Assembly (NCBI GenBank): GCA_963515555.1
Contig: CAUPXB010000005.1
Span: 29,032-93,031 of the forward strand
Source: an uncultured Campylobacter sp.
GTDB taxonomy: Bacteria > Campylobacterota > Campylobacteria > Campylobacterales > Campylobacteraceae
Reading direction: 5' to 3'
DNA length: 64,000 nt
Shown here: piece by piece, positions 20,341-32,283 of the stretch
Numbering within the stretch: the stretch's first letter is position 1
Layout: each line of letters opens with the position of its first letter
The notes under the pieces: model-generated
What the model was told of the DNA's origin: nothing
The model's database searches: none
What the model saw: the letters and a program-made list of their open reading frames with translations, nothing else
Made by a program: the position numbers and the translations under genes

Positions 20341-22119
20341 TTATTCCTTATTTAGCGCGTGATTAAACTCGGGCACGATCTCTTTAAGCGCCGCCGCGAC
20401 ATCGTCCGCGTGCGTTAAATTTTTAATTTGCTCGTTTAGTTTAGCTAGGTCGTATTCGCCCGAGTGCGTCACGAAAATAGACTGAAACTCGGTTTTTACG
20501 TCGTCTTTATTGATTAAAAGCTCCTCGTAAAGCTTCTCTCCAGGGCGAAGGCCGACGAATTCGACGCCCAGGTGCTCTTTGTTTGATAAAATCAGCATCT
20601 TTTTAGCTAGATCGGCGATCTTTATCGGCTCACCCATATCAAGCACGAAAAGCTCGCCGCCTTTTGCGATCGAGGCAGCCTGAAGCACGAGCTGACAGGC
20701 CTCGGAGACCAGCATAAAGTACCTCGTGATATCAGGATGTGTGACGGTTAGCGGTTTATTATTTTCGATTTGCTCTTTAAATTTCGGTATTACGCTGCCG
20801 CTTGAGCCTAGAACGTTACCGAAGCGCACTGCAACGATCTCGGTTTTAGCTGGCAAATTTGAGTTTAGCGCGTAAAGCTCGCACACGCGTTTAGTCGCGC
20901 CCATGATGTTTGTCGGGCGCACAGCTTTATCGGAGGATATCATCACGACCTTGCTAACGCCGTATTCGATAGATAAATCGATCAAAATTTTAGTGCCGAT
21001 TATGTTATTTACGACAGCTGCTTTCGGGTTTGCTTCGCAAAGCGGCACGTGCTTATAGGCTGCGGCGTGGATAGCGATCTGCGGCCTAAACTCCTCAAAT
21101 ACCGCGCGCAGATCATCCTCGTTTACGATATTTATCATCTTGCTCACGGTTTTGTCGCTGTGGGTTATCTCGCCGATTTTATAGAGATTAAACTCGCTAT
21201 GATCGATCATAATTAGCTTGCTAACGCCAAATTTAAGGCACTGCTTGCAAATTTCGCTACCGATACTGCCGCCGGCTCCCGTGACCAAAACGACCTTACC
21301 GCCTAAAAATTTCTCCACCGCGCTGCTATCTAGGTCTTTTGGCTTTCTAGCTAGCAGATCCTCGATCGAGATATCTTTGATCGCGTCCTTGCCGGTGCCA
21401 AACATCGAGAAGATCTTGATATCGCGGATACCGTAAGCCGTAAGCTCGTCAAAAAGCTCGGCTAGCTCGTCTTGACCGAGTGCTAGCGCGATGATAGCGG
21501 TTTTTACGTTGTATTCTTTGATCAAATTTGCAATTTCGCTCTTTGGCTGCACTAAAAATCCGTCGCAGTAAGTGCCGACTAGATCGCTCCTGCCGTCTAC
21601 CACGCCCACGGCATATAGATCGATATAGCCCTGCCTAAGCCCTTTTAAAACGTGAAGCGCCTTTGACGTAGCGCCGATAACTACGCAAGGCTCGCCCGTG
21701 TGCGGCTTTTTAGAAAAGTCTAAAAACATACGCTTGGCGATCCTTAAATTTCCGATTAGCAGGCACGAGATAACGGCGTCGATAAAAATCACGCTTCGCG
21801 GAAACGGATTAAAAAGACTAGGCGCCGCAAAATAAACGATCCAAAAGCAAACGATCGCGCAAAGATGAACGAGGAAAATTTTCCTCGCTTCGTTTAGTCC
21901 AAAAAATCTCCACGGCACCTTGTAAATTTTAAAAAGCCACATGAAAAATAGCTTTAAAACCACCATCGTAGCGCAGCCTGCGACCAGTCCGCCTCTAAAA
22001 TAATCAGGCAGCACGCCGCTAAATCTAAGCAAATACGCCAGATAAAACGACGCGACGAATATCGCGACGTCAAAGCCCAGAAAAAACGCAAGCCGCTTTA
22101 GCTTCGTCGCCTTAAACAT
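20341..22119 (-). CDS. pglF: UDP-GlcNAc 4,6-dehydratase
   Basis: N-terminal TM helices; [33 protein letters not shown] and RFGNVLGS motifs. Confidence 0.95.
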   Translation of the reverse strand: MFKATKLKRLAFFLGFDVAIFVASFYLAYLLRFSGVLPDYFRGGLVAGCATMVVLKLFFMWLFKIYKVPWRFFGLNEARKIFLVHLCAIVCFWIVYFAAPSLFNPFPRSVIFIDAVISCLLIGNLRIAKRMFLDFSKKPHTGEPCVVIGATSKALHVLKGLRQGYIDLYAVGVVDGRSDLVGTYCDGFLVQPKSEIANLIKEYNVKTAIIALALGQDELAELFDELTAYGIRDIKIFSMFGTGKDAIKDISIEDLLARKPKDLDSSAVEKFLGGKVVLVTGAGGSIGSEICKQCLKFGVSKLIMIDHSEFNLYKIGEITHSDKTVSKMINIVNEDDLRAVFEEFRPQIAIHAAAYKHVPLCEANPKAAVVNNIIGTKILIDLSIEYGVSKVVMISSDKAVRPTNIMGATKRVCELYALNSNLPAKTEIVAVRFGNVLGSSGSVIPKFKEQIENNKPLTVTHPDITRYFMLVSEACQLVLQAASIAKGGELFVLDMGEPIKIADLAKKMLILSNKEHLGVEFVGLRPGEKLYEELLINKDDVKTEFQSIFVTHSGEYDLAKLNEQIKNLTHADDVAAALKEIVPEFNHALNKE

Positions 22120-23217
<1,098 letters not shown>

Positions 23218-23233
23218 TTAAAGAAATTTACGC

Positions 23234-23242
23234 ATTGTAGCA
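23234..23242 (-). promoter_or_regulatory. Extended -10 promoter upstream of pglE
   Basis: TGCTACAAT on the minus strand about 26 bp upstream of the ATG. Confidence 0.55.
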
Positions 23243-23441
23243 CTTAAAATCTAAATATTTTTATAAAAACTCGTTTAAATTTGCTTTTAGGCCGTAGAAA
23301 ATGGGGATTTTGTTAAATTTTGCGTCAAAATGTATTTTGGAACTGCAAATTTGACGCAGCAAATGATATTTATATATTTTGCCTGTGCCGACTTTTGTCG
23401 CTACGGACGTAAATTTGACGAGCGATATTTTGCTCTCAAAT

Positions 23442-24047
23442 TTAGCTTAAATTTCGCCTAACTTTAGCGGGATTACCGTAGGCGACGCTACCGTCTGCGA
23501 TATCTCGTACTACGACGCTGCCCGCTCCGATTATACAGTTTGCGCCGATTTTTACGCACTGGATGATGCATGAACCTATGCCTACGTGCGTATTTGCGCC
23601 CACGATCACACCGCCTGCTAGCGCCGCATTTGGGCTAATGTGCGCAAAATCGCCGATCTCGCAGTCATGCTCGATGATCGCGCCCGTGTTTATTATCGCG
23701 CCCTCGCCTATCACCGCACGCGCATTTATGACGGCACTTGGCATCACGACCGCGCCCTCGCCTATTTGCGAGCTAGCGCTTACGACCGCGCTTGGATGGA
23801 TTAAATTTACTACGACAAAGCCCGCGTTTTTTACTCTTTCTTTCAGGATGCGTCTGATTTTATTATCTCCGATAGCCACGATCACATCCGCCTTTTCCAG
23901 ACTCGGGTCAAATTTGAGTACGTTTTTACCGTCAAATTTGGAGTCGTCCAAAAACACGACCTCGCCGTATCCGCACGCTCTTGCCACGTCCGCAACGACG
24001 GCTCCGTGCCCGCTAAAGCCGTAAACGTAAATTTTAGTTGCGGCCAT
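23442..24047 (-). CDS. pglD: UDP-bacillosamine N-acetyltransferase
   Basis: YGFSGHG, hexapeptide repeats and the EHD catalytic motif. Confidence 0.92.
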   Translation of the reverse strand: MAATKIYVYGFSGHGAVVADVARACGYGEVVFLDDSKFDGKNVLKFDPSLEKADVIVAIGDNKIRRILKERVKNAGFVVVNLIHPSAVVSASSQIGEGAVVMPSAVINARAVIGEGAIINTGAIIEHDCEIGDFAHISPNAALAGGVIVGANTHVGIGSCIIQCVKIGANCIIGAGSVVVRDIADGSVAYGNPAKVRRNLS

Positions 24048-24639
24048 TAAATTTCTCCGTCGTAGCCATACCCTCTTTGCTCACGCCGCTTCGTTTTAAC
24101 ACCTTTTGCACCGTTGAAATCGCGATTTTCACGTCCAGCATGAAACTAAGCTCGCGGACGTATCTCGCGTCAAATTTAAACTTCTCCGCCCAGCTGATCG
24201 CGTTGCGGCCGTTTACCTGCGCTAGCCCCGTGATACCCGGTCTCACGTCGTGGCGTGTCGCCTGCTCGGCGTCATAAAGAGACAGGTACTCAACCAAAAG
24301 CGGACGCGGCCCGATGAAGCTCATATCGCCCTTTAGTACGTTAAAAAGCTGCGGTAGCTCATCAAGGCTGAGACTTCGGATAGTCTTGCCGATGCCGCTT
24401 AGACGCATCTCGTCGGGCAGTAGCTCGCCGTCCGCGCCGCGCTCGTCGCTCATAGTTTTAAATTTGTAAATTTTAAAAATTTTAGCGTGCAACCCCGGGC
24501 GCGCCTGCGTAAAAATGACGTCACGGCTAACCTTAAAATATATCAAAACCGCGACGACCGCCATGATCGGCAGCGTAAGCACGATCAAAAAAATCGCGCC
24601 GCAAATATCCAGTAATCTCTTAAAAAACGCCCTATACAT
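24034..24639 (-). CDS. pglC: Undecaprenyl-phosphate diNAcBac-1-phosphate transferase
   Basis: [28 protein letters not shown] and PGITGLAQV motifs. Confidence 0.94.
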   Translation of the reverse strand: MYRAFFKRLLDICGAIFLIVLTLPIMAVVAVLIYFKVSRDVIFTQARPGLHAKIFKIYKFKTMSDERGADGELLPDEMRLSGIGKTIRSLSLDELPQLFNVLKGDMSFIGPRPLLVEYLSLYDAEQATRHDVRPGITGLAQVNGRNAISWAEKFKFDARYVRELSFMLDVKIAISTVQKVLKRSGVSKEGMATTEKFNGRN

Positions 24640-25759
24640 CGATAAATTTCCTATAAATTTCTATATATTTCCTAGTGACCGCTCGCTCGTCAAACTCGCG
24701 CAGGGCGAGCTCTCGTCCGTTTCGGCTCATTTGCGCGGCCAAATTTTCGTCGTTTAGTAAAGTTTCTATCTTTGCGGCTAGGTCGGCGGAGTTTTTTACC
24801 TCGCAAAGCAGGCCGTTAAAGCCATTCGTCACGGCCTCGTTACATCCTGCCACATCGCTAGCAACGACCGGCCTGCCCATACTCATCGCCTCTAAAACCG
24901 TTCGCGGAAAGCCCTCTTTGTAGCTTGGAAGCGCAAGCAGATAGCTAGCCTTCAAAAGCTCAGGCACGTCGTCTCTAGCGCCCAGATACCGCACGGCGCC
25001 ACCCTTTAAAAACTTTGCGTCGGCCGTGCTTTTGTTTCCCTCAAACCCTTCGCCCGCAAATACAAACGCGCAGTCCTCGCGCCCGCGTAAAAGCTCGGCC
25101 GCCTCGTAAAACTCGCGAACGCCCTTGTGCCACATCGCGCGCGCTATCATCAGCACTATCTTTTTACCGCGCAGATCCTCGCCCAAATTTGCGGCCGGCA
25201 CGCTATTTTCGTCAAATTTGATCGTATCCACGCCAACGCTTTTTATCTTAAAAATTTTCTCCTGGGCTATCAAACCGCGGCTCAAAAAATACGCCGGATC
25301 AGCCTCATTTACAAACACGCAGCCGTCGCTCATATTTAGCGCTTTTTTATAAAGCGTCTCGATCGCGGCACGTACTAGACGGGTTTTTAAGTCGTTATCG
25401 ATATAAAAACTACCAAGCCCCTCGACCAAATTTATCACGCGCTTTATGCCTGCTTTTTTGGCCGCAAAGGTGCCAAACACGTTTGATTTGTGCGCCGAGG
25501 TTTGCAGCAGATCCAAATTTAACCCGCGTAAAATCTCGGCGAGCTTCTTTGAGTTTTCAAGCACGGTTAGAGGGTTTAAGCTCGCGCGGTCAAGCTCGTA
25601 CGTCACGCAGTTAAACTCGCCTTTTAGCCTATCCGTGTAGTCGCCCTTTGGCGCGATAGCGAACACCTCGTGACCGAGCCGCTTTAGCTCGCGCATGATC
25701 GGCGCACGAAAAAAGTAAATGCTCATATCGGCGTGACTCAAAAATCCAAATTTAGCCAT
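24632..25759 (-). CDS. pglA: GT4 alpha-1,3-HexNAc transferase PglA
   Basis: True start [18 protein letters not shown] at 25759; [12 protein letters not shown]4 motif; lies between pglB and pglC. Confidence 0.9.
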   Translation of the reverse strand: MAKFGFLSHADMSIYFFRAPIMRELKRLGHEVFAIAPKGDYTDRLKGEFNCVTYELDRASLNPLTVLENSKKLAEILRGLNLDLLQTSAHKSNVFGTFAAKKAGIKRVINLVEGLGSFYIDNDLKTRLVRAAIETLYKKALNMSDGCVFVNEADPAYFLSRGLIAQEKIFKIKSVGVDTIKFDENSVPAANLGEDLRGKKIVLMIARAMWHKGVREFYEAAELLRGREDCAFVFAGEGFEGNKSTADAKFLKGGAVRYLGARDDVPELLKASYLLALPSYKEGFPRTVLEAMSMGRPVVASDVAGCNEAVTNGFNGLLCEVKNSADLAAKIETLLNDENLAAQMSRNGRELALREFDERAVTRKYIEIYRKFIDV

Positions 25760-25880
25760 ACTATGCCACCTTTTCTGACTTTTTCGCCGATATTCGCTCA
25801 AGGTGGCTCGCCGAGTCGCGACGATAATTTGTATCGTCTCGGCCCACATCGGCGTGACTCAAAAATCCAAATTTAGCCAT
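25727..25880 (-). repeat. 33-bp direct repeat duplicating the first 11 codons of pglA, with an 88-bp spacer
   Basis: ATCGGCGTGACTCAAAAATCCAAATTTAGCCAT occurs at both 25727-25759 and 25848-25880. Confidence 0.95.
25761..25880 (-). CDS. 39-aa uORF ([39 protein letters not shown]) upstream of pglA
   Basis: Starts at the upstream repeat copy behind an AAAGGA RBS. Its TAG stop lies 1 nt before the pglA ATG. Confidence 0.6.
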   Translation of the reverse strand: MAKFGFLSHADVGRDDTNYRRDSASHLERISAKKSEKVA

Positions 25881-25910
25881 TTTTAAAAATATCCTTTAAA
25901 TTTTGCACCC

Positions 25911-28271
25911 TCATCTTAGCAGCCTATAAATTTTAACCGCGCCGTTTAAAACGACCGGCTCAAAGAGCTCTTTGTCGTAGTTTTCGAGTACGAAAAGCTG
26001 TATGTAGGCCGAGTTTAGCACCGCTTCGTCAAGCACCAAAAACCGCCTGTAATCCTTCATAAAAATGAGATAAATTTTACCGTCCGCGTTCATCTCGTGC
26101 TTTTTGACGACCAGCTTATCCTTTTCGTCGTAACTTGTTTCAAAGTACGTATTTACGGATATTTCGCGCTCGCCGATATAGACTTTAGACGCGTCGCCCG
26201 ATACGCTAAATCCTCCGCCGATATTTATCGTATCGCCGTCTACCGAGTAAGGTTTGCCTGGATAAAATATCGCTCCGTACTCCTCGCCGCTGTTTAGATC
26301 GAGGTTTGAAAAGCGCAAAACGGCGCTAAAGATATCAATCATGGAGTCCGGCAGATAGTAGTAAATCTCGCGCGTTTTTTGCGGCGGGCGGAAATCCTTG
26401 CTATTTAGCGAATACAAAAACGAATTTACGCTAGTGGCGTTGTAGTCTTTCATCATCTGGTTCAAATTTAACCCAAATCTCTCGCTGAAATTTCGCTCGG
26501 TGTACTCGACCTCCAGGCGCGCCATATTTGCCGACATGCGCTGGTTGCTAGCTAACGCGAAGCTCACGGCGAAGTTATCCCTGCCCAGGTGCTTGCCGCC
26601 GTCGATGAGAGTCTTGACGTCCGCGTAGTAGCGGATCGGATAGCCGTAGTCCCACCACGCCAGCACGTAGTCCTCGCGCCCCGCGATTTTGTGCAGTTTA
26701 TCTAGGCTCTCGACCTCGCTTTTGGCAAAGACCGTGCCGACTTTGTAGCCGTAAATATGCTCCAAGCACGGCATCAAGGATAGCGCGGCAATACAAAAGA
26801 CGCAAATTTTTTCTAAAAGGGCGTGTTTTTTGAGCGAGCTGAGGCCTGAGACCATAAAATAAGCCGCCCCGCAAACGAGCGCCGCCGCCGCAAGCGTGGC
26901 TAGATATACGCCAAAGCTCGCCTCGCCGTCAAAATTTGGCGCAAAAACGGGAGATTTGCCGTGCAAGAGGCTGTAATATTTATCAAAATACAAAAAGAAA
27001 AACACAAAAAACGCCGCTAAACAAACGGTGCAAAATTTGTCTAAAATTTTATCTTTTTTGAAAAAACTCACGCAAAGCGCCGCAAAATATCCAAATCCTA
27101 TCGCCATCACGGGCACGGAGTAGATCGTAAATCTAAGCCCGCCTTTTAGCGCTAAAAACCCAAGTAGCAGCATCGGAAGCGCAAGCAAAAATGAGCGAAA
27201 TTTAAGACAAAGCGCCGCGACTCCGACGAGCGATAAAGCAAAAGTAACGATATGCCCGCTGATACGCTTAGCAAAGGCGTTTATCGACTCGAACTCAAAC
27301 GAATAATCGCTCATTTCCATTATCGTTTTATTTACGTTATAAAAATGAAAAACCGGCTCACTACTCTCGGAAACCCCGCGAAATATGTAAAATTTAAGCT
27401 GAAATAAAATTTGATTTAACCCGCCGCTATAACCTAGAAGCGCGACGGCCAAAGCAAGACAAGCCGCGACAGCTAGTTTATCCCAGATCTGCGGACGAAA
27501 TCTCATCGCTAGATAAAGAGCGACGGCAAGCGCGCTTTTAGCGTAAAAATCGATATACGTAAGCGCGACTATCATCAAAATAGCCGCCTGGTAATTTAGC
27601 GCGTTTTTCCTATCAAAAACAAAAGTGTAGAGCAAAAATGCGCCCAGCATGGCAAAATTTAGCGAATAAGAGCTCGGATACCACCAGTCGTTTATCAGGA
27701 TAAAAATCGGGATAAAAATAAGATCGTTTGCGTTTTTTTTCTGCGCGAGGCGTATCATCGCCCAGACGCTAAACGCAGGCAGCACGATCGTGAGCATGTC
27801 GGTGTCGTAGTAGCCAGCCATCGTGCGGTTATAGTAGCTGTTTGCGATACTAGCTAGCAAGGCCGCCGCAAAGCCGACTCCTGGCATCTCGTACTCTTTA
27901 GCTATCAAAATCACGGGAATAACGATAAGCGAGCTAAAAAACACGCTCATATAAAGCAAAATGCTCTCGAAGCTAAAAGGCAAAATTTGATACAAAAAGT
28001 ACGTAAGCGTGGGCATCGACCGGCCGTAGTAGCTAAGGTCGTTTGGCTGATGAAAGCCCGCTATCATATCGCGCGCGCCCTCAGCAAAGGCGTAGCCGTC
28101 GTTCGTGCTGATCATGAGCTGATCGTTCCAGAAAAAGTGCTGATATTCGCCCGCCCAGTACACCCAGTACAGCCTACAAACCACGCTAAAAACAAATGCC
28201 GCAAGCATTAAAAAACAAGTTTGTTTTGAAAATTTAAATTTATCCAAGAGTCCCGAAATTTTACTCGCCAT
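25911..28271 (-). CDS. pglB: Oligosaccharyltransferase PglB (STT3 family)
   Basis: TNDGY, RTMAGYYDTD, WWDYG and DGGK motifs and the self-glycosylation sequon DYNAT. The likely start is ATG 28271. Confidence 0.97.
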   Translation of the reverse strand: MASKISGLLDKFKFSKQTCFLMLAAFVFSVVCRLYWVYWAGEYQHFFWNDQLMISTNDGYAFAEGARDMIAGFHQPNDLSYYGRSMPTLTYFLYQILPFSFESILLYMSVFFSSLIVIPVILIAKEYEMPGVGFAAALLASIANSYYNRTMAGYYDTDMLTIVLPAFSVWAMIRLAQKKNANDLIFIPIFILINDWWYPSSYSLNFAMLGAFLLYTFVFDRKNALNYQAAILMIVALTYIDFYAKSALAVALYLAMRFRPQIWDKLAVAACLALAVALLGYSGGLNQILFQLKFYIFRGVSESSEPVFHFYNVNKTIMEMSDYSFEFESINAFAKRISGHIVTFALSLVGVAALCLKFRSFLLALPMLLLGFLALKGGLRFTIYSVPVMAIGFGYFAALCVSFFKKDKILDKFCTVCLAAFFVFFFLYFDKYYSLLHGKSPVFAPNFDGEASFGVYLATLAAAALVCGAAYFMVSGLSSLKKHALLEKICVFCIAALSLMPCLEHIYGYKVGTVFAKSEVESLDKLHKIAGREDYVLAWWDYGYPIRYYADVKTLIDGGKHLGRDNFAVSFALASNQRMSANMARLEVEYTERNFSERFGLNLNQMMKDYNATSVNSFLYSLNSKDFRPPQKTREIYYYLPDSMIDIFSAVLRFSNLDLNSGEEYGAIFYPGKPYSVDGDTINIGGGFSVSGDASKVYIGEREISVNTYFETSYDEKDKLVVKKHEMNADGKIYLIFMKDYRRFLVLDEAVLNSAYIQLFVLENYDKELFEPVVLNGAVKIYRLLR

Positions 28272-29388
28272 TTTCACCCTCTAAGTATCCTATGAGTTGC
28301 GCCGCGACAGCATTTTTGTCAAATTTTATTACGCGGCCATAAGCCTTTTTTTCATAATCTCGCCTCAAATTTTCATCCTCAAGTGCGCGTCTCATCGCCT
28401 TCTCCATCGCTTTTTCGTCATCAACTGGCACGAGGATGCCGTATTTGTCATCACTCAGAAGCTCTCTAGCGCCGCTTTTGTGATCGGTGGAGATGATAAA
28501 TCTCTCGCAGGCAAGCGCCTCCAAAAGCACGTTTGAAAAGCCCTCAAACCTCGAAGCGCAGAGGAAACACTGCGCGTTTTTGATAAATTTAAACGGATTT
28601 TTATCCGTGCCTAGCAGCTTTACTCGCTCGCTCACGCCAAGCTCGTCGATCAAATTTTGAAGCTCACTCTGCAAAGGCCCCTTGCCCAAAATTCCAAGCG
28701 TCGCGCGCTCGTTGTTTAAATTTGCGATTATTCTTATTAACATCGCTTGATTTTTACCGCTATCAAGCCGCCCGATGTTTAGAAAAAACGGCTTAAATTT
28801 AGCCTCTAGCGGCTCGTTTGCGAGAGTTTTTATCGCAGCTAAATCGACCGCGTTATATAGCACCTTTGTATTTTTTGCGTCGCAGCCGAAATTTCGCACG
28901 AGATCATCGGCGTTTCCCTGCGCGTTAGCAAGGATAAGATCGGCTTTTGGATAAAGCGCCTTAACTAAAATTCTATTAGCCAGCCCGCTAAGGCCGCTTT
29001 TATAGATGACCGACGGACAGCTGCGTTCGCTTATAACCATCCGTCCTTTTACTCCGGCGATCCTTGCTAAAAGCGCGATGTAGCAAGGACGGTTCATTAA
29101 GACAAAATGCAGATCAATAGCCAAATCGTCGCAAAGTTTTTTATAGTTTAAGGCTAGAAACGGAAACAAAAGCCCCAAACGAAAAAGCTTTTTTACGCCG
29201 CTTTCATAGGGGTCCGAGCGCTCGAGAAAGTGAATTTTTACCGCGCTTGGTATCTCGTAGGCTACGACCTCGCTCATCAAAACTAGATGAACTTCGTATT
29301 TTTCGCACAAAGCCGGGAGCAAATTTGAAACCACGCGCTCCGCGCCGCCCGGCCCCATCGAGTATAGAAAAACGGCTAATTTTTTCAT
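28261..29388 (-). CDS. pglJ: GT4 glycosyltransferase PglJ
   Basis: MKKLAVFLYSMGPGGAERVV N-terminus; EGFSNVLLEA; immediately upstream of pglB. Confidence 0.88.
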   Translation of the reverse strand: MKKLAVFLYSMGPGGAERVVSNLLPALCEKYEVHLVLMSEVVAYEIPSAVKIHFLERSDPYESGVKKLFRLGLLFPFLALNYKKLCDDLAIDLHFVLMNRPCYIALLARIAGVKGRMVISERSCPSVIYKSGLSGLANRILVKALYPKADLILANAQGNADDLVRNFGCDAKNTKVLYNAVDLAAIKTLANEPLEAKFKPFFLNIGRLDSGKNQAMLIRIIANLNNERATLGILGKGPLQSELQNLIDELGVSERVKLLGTDKNPFKFIKNAQCFLCASRFEGFSNVLLEALACERFIISTDHKSGARELLSDDKYGILVPVDDEKAMEKAMRRALEDENLRRDYEKKAYGRVIKFDKNAVAAQLIGYLEGENGE

Positions 29389-30368
29389 TCGTCGTGCGTT
29401 TTTTTGTATATCCAAACGCGAATTTTAGTTAAAAATAAAATCATAGACTTTGGAAACGGGCTTAAGATCAGCATTGCAAGCGCTTCTTTTGTAAATTTAA
29501 ATTTGAGGCTTTTAAAAAGATATTCGTACATTTTTTTGTATTCGCCGCCAAATTTGGCATAGTACGCCGCCATTTTGTATAGGATCGCGATATGAGAGTC
29601 ATTTACGCGAAATTTTGGCTCGGCCAAATTTACCCCGTTTGCGCTAGCTTGAGCGTTTTTCTCGGCAATCTTTTGCAAAATGAGCTCCGCAGTCATCGCG
29701 TAGCCTTTCATTATGCAAAGTGGGCGCTTAAACGAGTTTATCGTGACGCTGTCGCTGCGGTGAAAGCGGTAAATACGCACTGCATCATGCAGATAGTAAG
29801 CAGGAAGGTCGAAAAGATAGATCCAAAGCGTATTTTCGCTACCGTAAAGCCCCTTTTCAAAGCGCCTATTTCCGATCGCGTCGCGGCGAAACATTATTAA
29901 AAACTCGCCCGTTATCTTGCCGTCGTAGTAGTCCTGCGGCGAAATTTCCCCGCTTTTATTTAGTCCAAATCCCGAAAATTTCGTCGTCCGCTCGCCGTCA
30001 ATCTCAAAATAACAGTTCGCCCAGACGCTAGCATACCCCTGTTCTAGCACGGCCGCCATCTTGCTTATGGCGCCTTCTATCAGAAGATCATCGTCGTCTA
30101 GTATCACGAAAGCATCGCCGCTAGCGTGATCGAAGCCGTTGTTTTTATTGCCGTTTGGACCGCGGTCGTAAGTTTGGTTTAGGACGTATTTTACGTTGTC
30201 AAATTTGGCGACGTAGCTTTGCGCTAGCTCGCGCGTGCCGTCGTTTGAGTTATCGTCGCTGATTATGATTTCTTTATTTTCGTAGTCTTGAGCCAGCGCG
30301 CTTTTTAGGGCGGCTTCAAAAAGCTCTTTGCGGTTGTAGGTTGGGATTATTATGCTTACTTTTAGCAT
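29385..30368 (-). CDS. GT2 glycosyltransferase (PglI-like branching enzyme)
   Basis: SIIIPTYNR, DDNSND and LDDDD motifs; occupies the pglI position. Confidence 0.8.
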   Translation of the reverse strand: MLKVSIIIPTYNRKELFEAALKSALAQDYENKEIIISDDNSNDGTRELAQSYVAKFDNVKYVLNQTYDRGPNGNKNNGFDHASGDAFVILDDDDLLIEGAISKMAAVLEQGYASVWANCYFEIDGERTTKFSGFGLNKSGEISPQDYYDGKITGEFLIMFRRDAIGNRRFEKGLYGSENTLWIYLFDLPAYYLHDAVRIYRFHRSDSVTINSFKRPLCIMKGYAMTAELILQKIAEKNAQASANGVNLAEPKFRVNDSHIAILYKMAAYYAKFGGEYKKMYEYLFKSLKFKFTKEALAMLILSPFPKSMILFLTKIRVWIYKKTHDE

Positions 30369-30369
30369 T

Positions 30370-31434
30370 TTAGCCCTTTATATTTTGCGTGATAAAATCC
30401 ATCCACTTTTGATAAATTTGATCGGTTTTAAAGGCGTTTTTGCGCTCGTTGGCGTTTTTTACCAGCTCTTGCCTAAGCTCCTCGTCGCGCATTAAAAGTT
30501 CGATTTTGCTTCCGAGCGCTTTTACGTCGTCTATCGGCACCAAAAATCCGTCCTTGCCGTCCTCAATAAGCTCTTTTGCGCCGCTTGTAGCAGTCGCCAC
30601 CCTGGCGCAGTTAAAAAATACGCTCTCGATTAAAACATTCGGCAAGCCCTCGGTTTTGGAGCTTGAGACTAAAATTTTAGACCTTTCGTAAAGCGAAGCT
30701 ACATCGCTCGTTTGCCCGATAAATTCGGCGTTTAGATGTAGTTGCTCGTGCGCGATAAGCTCTAGCCTTTGCCTCTCTTCGCCCGCACCCGCTATCACGA
30801 TTTTCCAGTCTTTTAAAAGCTCTTTATCGACTAGGCTCATGGCCTTTAAAAACACGTCGCAGCCCTTAAGCGAGATAAGGCGACCAACGAAAAGGATGAT
30901 ATTTTCCTTCGGCAAGCCCTGTTTTTTGGCTTCAAACATCGGATTATACATCACGGTTTTATTTTTTACGAAGCTATAGTACTCGTAGTCCTCTTTCGTA
31001 AGTACCGTGAGTCCGCTAGCTAGCGGATAGAGTATACGGCGCAAAAACAGCCAGCCGCGCCCTTTGAAAAAATCGGCGCTTGAATGCTCGCTGATAAAAA
31101 GCGGCTTACCGATAAATAAATTCGACAAAATCACGTTGATATTGGTGCTGTCCATCGAGGAGATAACGACGTCAAATCCGCCGTTTTTGATCAAATTTCG
31201 CTGATAAAAAAACTTTTTTACGCGCCTGATTAAATTTGCGAAAAAGCCCTTTTTCACCATCGGAAAAGGCAGATCTATCAGCTTTATCCTCTCGTCTAGC
31301 TCGTAAAACGGCGGTTTGGTGTCAAATTTTAAAAGCGTTACGTCGTGAAATTTCGCAAAATAGCTTGCCAGTAAGCTCATCACGCGCTCAGCGCCGCCTG
31401 CTTGCAGGGTCGAAATTATAAATAAAACCTTCAT
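30370..31434 (-). CDS. pglH: GT4 glycosyltransferase PglH-like
   Basis: FIISTLQAGGAERV, ISEH and EGLPNVLIES motifs. Confidence 0.78.
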   Translation of the reverse strand: MKVLFIISTLQAGGAERVMSLLASYFAKFHDVTLLKFDTKPPFYELDERIKLIDLPFPMVKKGFFANLIRRVKKFFYQRNLIKNGGFDVVISSMDSTNINVILSNLFIGKPLFISEHSSADFFKGRGWLFLRRILYPLASGLTVLTKEDYEYYSFVKNKTVMYNPMFEAKKQGLPKENIILFVGRLISLKGCDVFLKAMSLVDKELLKDWKIVIAGAGEERQRLELIAHEQLHLNAEFIGQTSDVASLYERSKILVSSSKTEGLPNVLIESVFFNCARVATATSGAKELIEDGKDGFLVPIDDVKALGSKIELLMRDEELRQELVKNANERKNAFKTDQIYQKWMDFITQNIKG

Positions 31435-31527
31435 TCTCTCTCCAAATTTTAATCGATGCGCGAAAATTTAATAAATCTTCAAAATTATTGATTTTATAAA
31501 TTTTGAGCTTTATAATCGCTTAGTTTC

Positions 31528-32283
31528 TTATCTTTTAAATATCCGCTCATAGCCTAAAATTGCCGCTTCAAAGCGCGTTGCGGCGACATATTTTAAGCTA
31601 TTTAGGCGAGCTAGCGGGGAGACTTTTACCTGCGCTCTTTGCACCCGCTCGGCTTGGATATTTGAGTCTGTTAAATCAGTCGGGTGCGCGAAGATATCGC
31701 TAAAATACATCTTTAAGCCGTTTTGCAAAAGCAAAATTCGCCAAAAATCAGCCACGCAAAGCGCCTTTTTGTGCGTTTGCAAAACCGTTTCCGCCGCGCG
31801 CCTATCAAGCACGTAAGCAGCCGCTCGGTAGATCGTGCCGTAAGATCGCTTTGAGACTAGCCAAAAATCCTCCTCTAGTTTTTTACCAAATGCGCTAAAT
31901 CGCCCATCTAACCCGTCCTGCGCGCCGCAGATGAGAGCCGAACCCTCGTGCATCTTTGCAGCCATTTCAAACGCCTTTTCCACGCCGTTTTCGTCTCCGA
32001 TAACGTCGTCTTCTAAAATGAGCGCAAATTTGGCATCGCTTTTTAAAAACTCCTCGTAAGCGCGCATGTGAGATAGCGAGCAGCCGACCTCGGACGGGCT
32101 TAACAGCCTACCGTAAGCCTCAAGGCTAGCCAGCGCGTAGCCATAGTATTCCTTTGCGCTCATAGCCCTTCCGTCGGTCGCCTCGACGAGTTTAAATTCG
32201 TCATAATTTTTAAACCGCTCTTTTAGCTTTTCTCGGCGCGCCTCGTCGTTTTTTAGCGAGATAACGAATACTAAATTTTTCAT
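31528..32283 (-). CDS. GT25 family glycosyltransferase (LgtB/Lex2B-like)
   Basis: VISL, EVGCSLSH, ALILEDD and AAAYVL motifs. Confidence 0.88.
   Translation of the reverse strand: MKNLVFVISLKNDEARREKLKERFKNYDEFKLVEATDGRAMSAKEYYGYALASLEAYGRLLSPSEVGCSLSHMRAYEEFLKSDAKFALILEDDVIGDENGVEKAFEMAAKMHEGSALICGAQDGLDGRFSAFGKKLEEDFWLVSKRSYGTIYRAAAYVLDRRAAETVLQTHKKALCVADFWRILLLQNGLKMYFSDIFAHPTDLTDSNIQAERVQRAQVKVSPLARLNSLKYVAATRFEAAILGYERIFKR

Noticed and set aside
25760..25849. ORF-track N-terminal extension of pglA (MWAETIQ...)
   Set aside because: It has no RBS and no similarity to PglA. It arises from the spacer between the duplicated starts; the real start is 25759.
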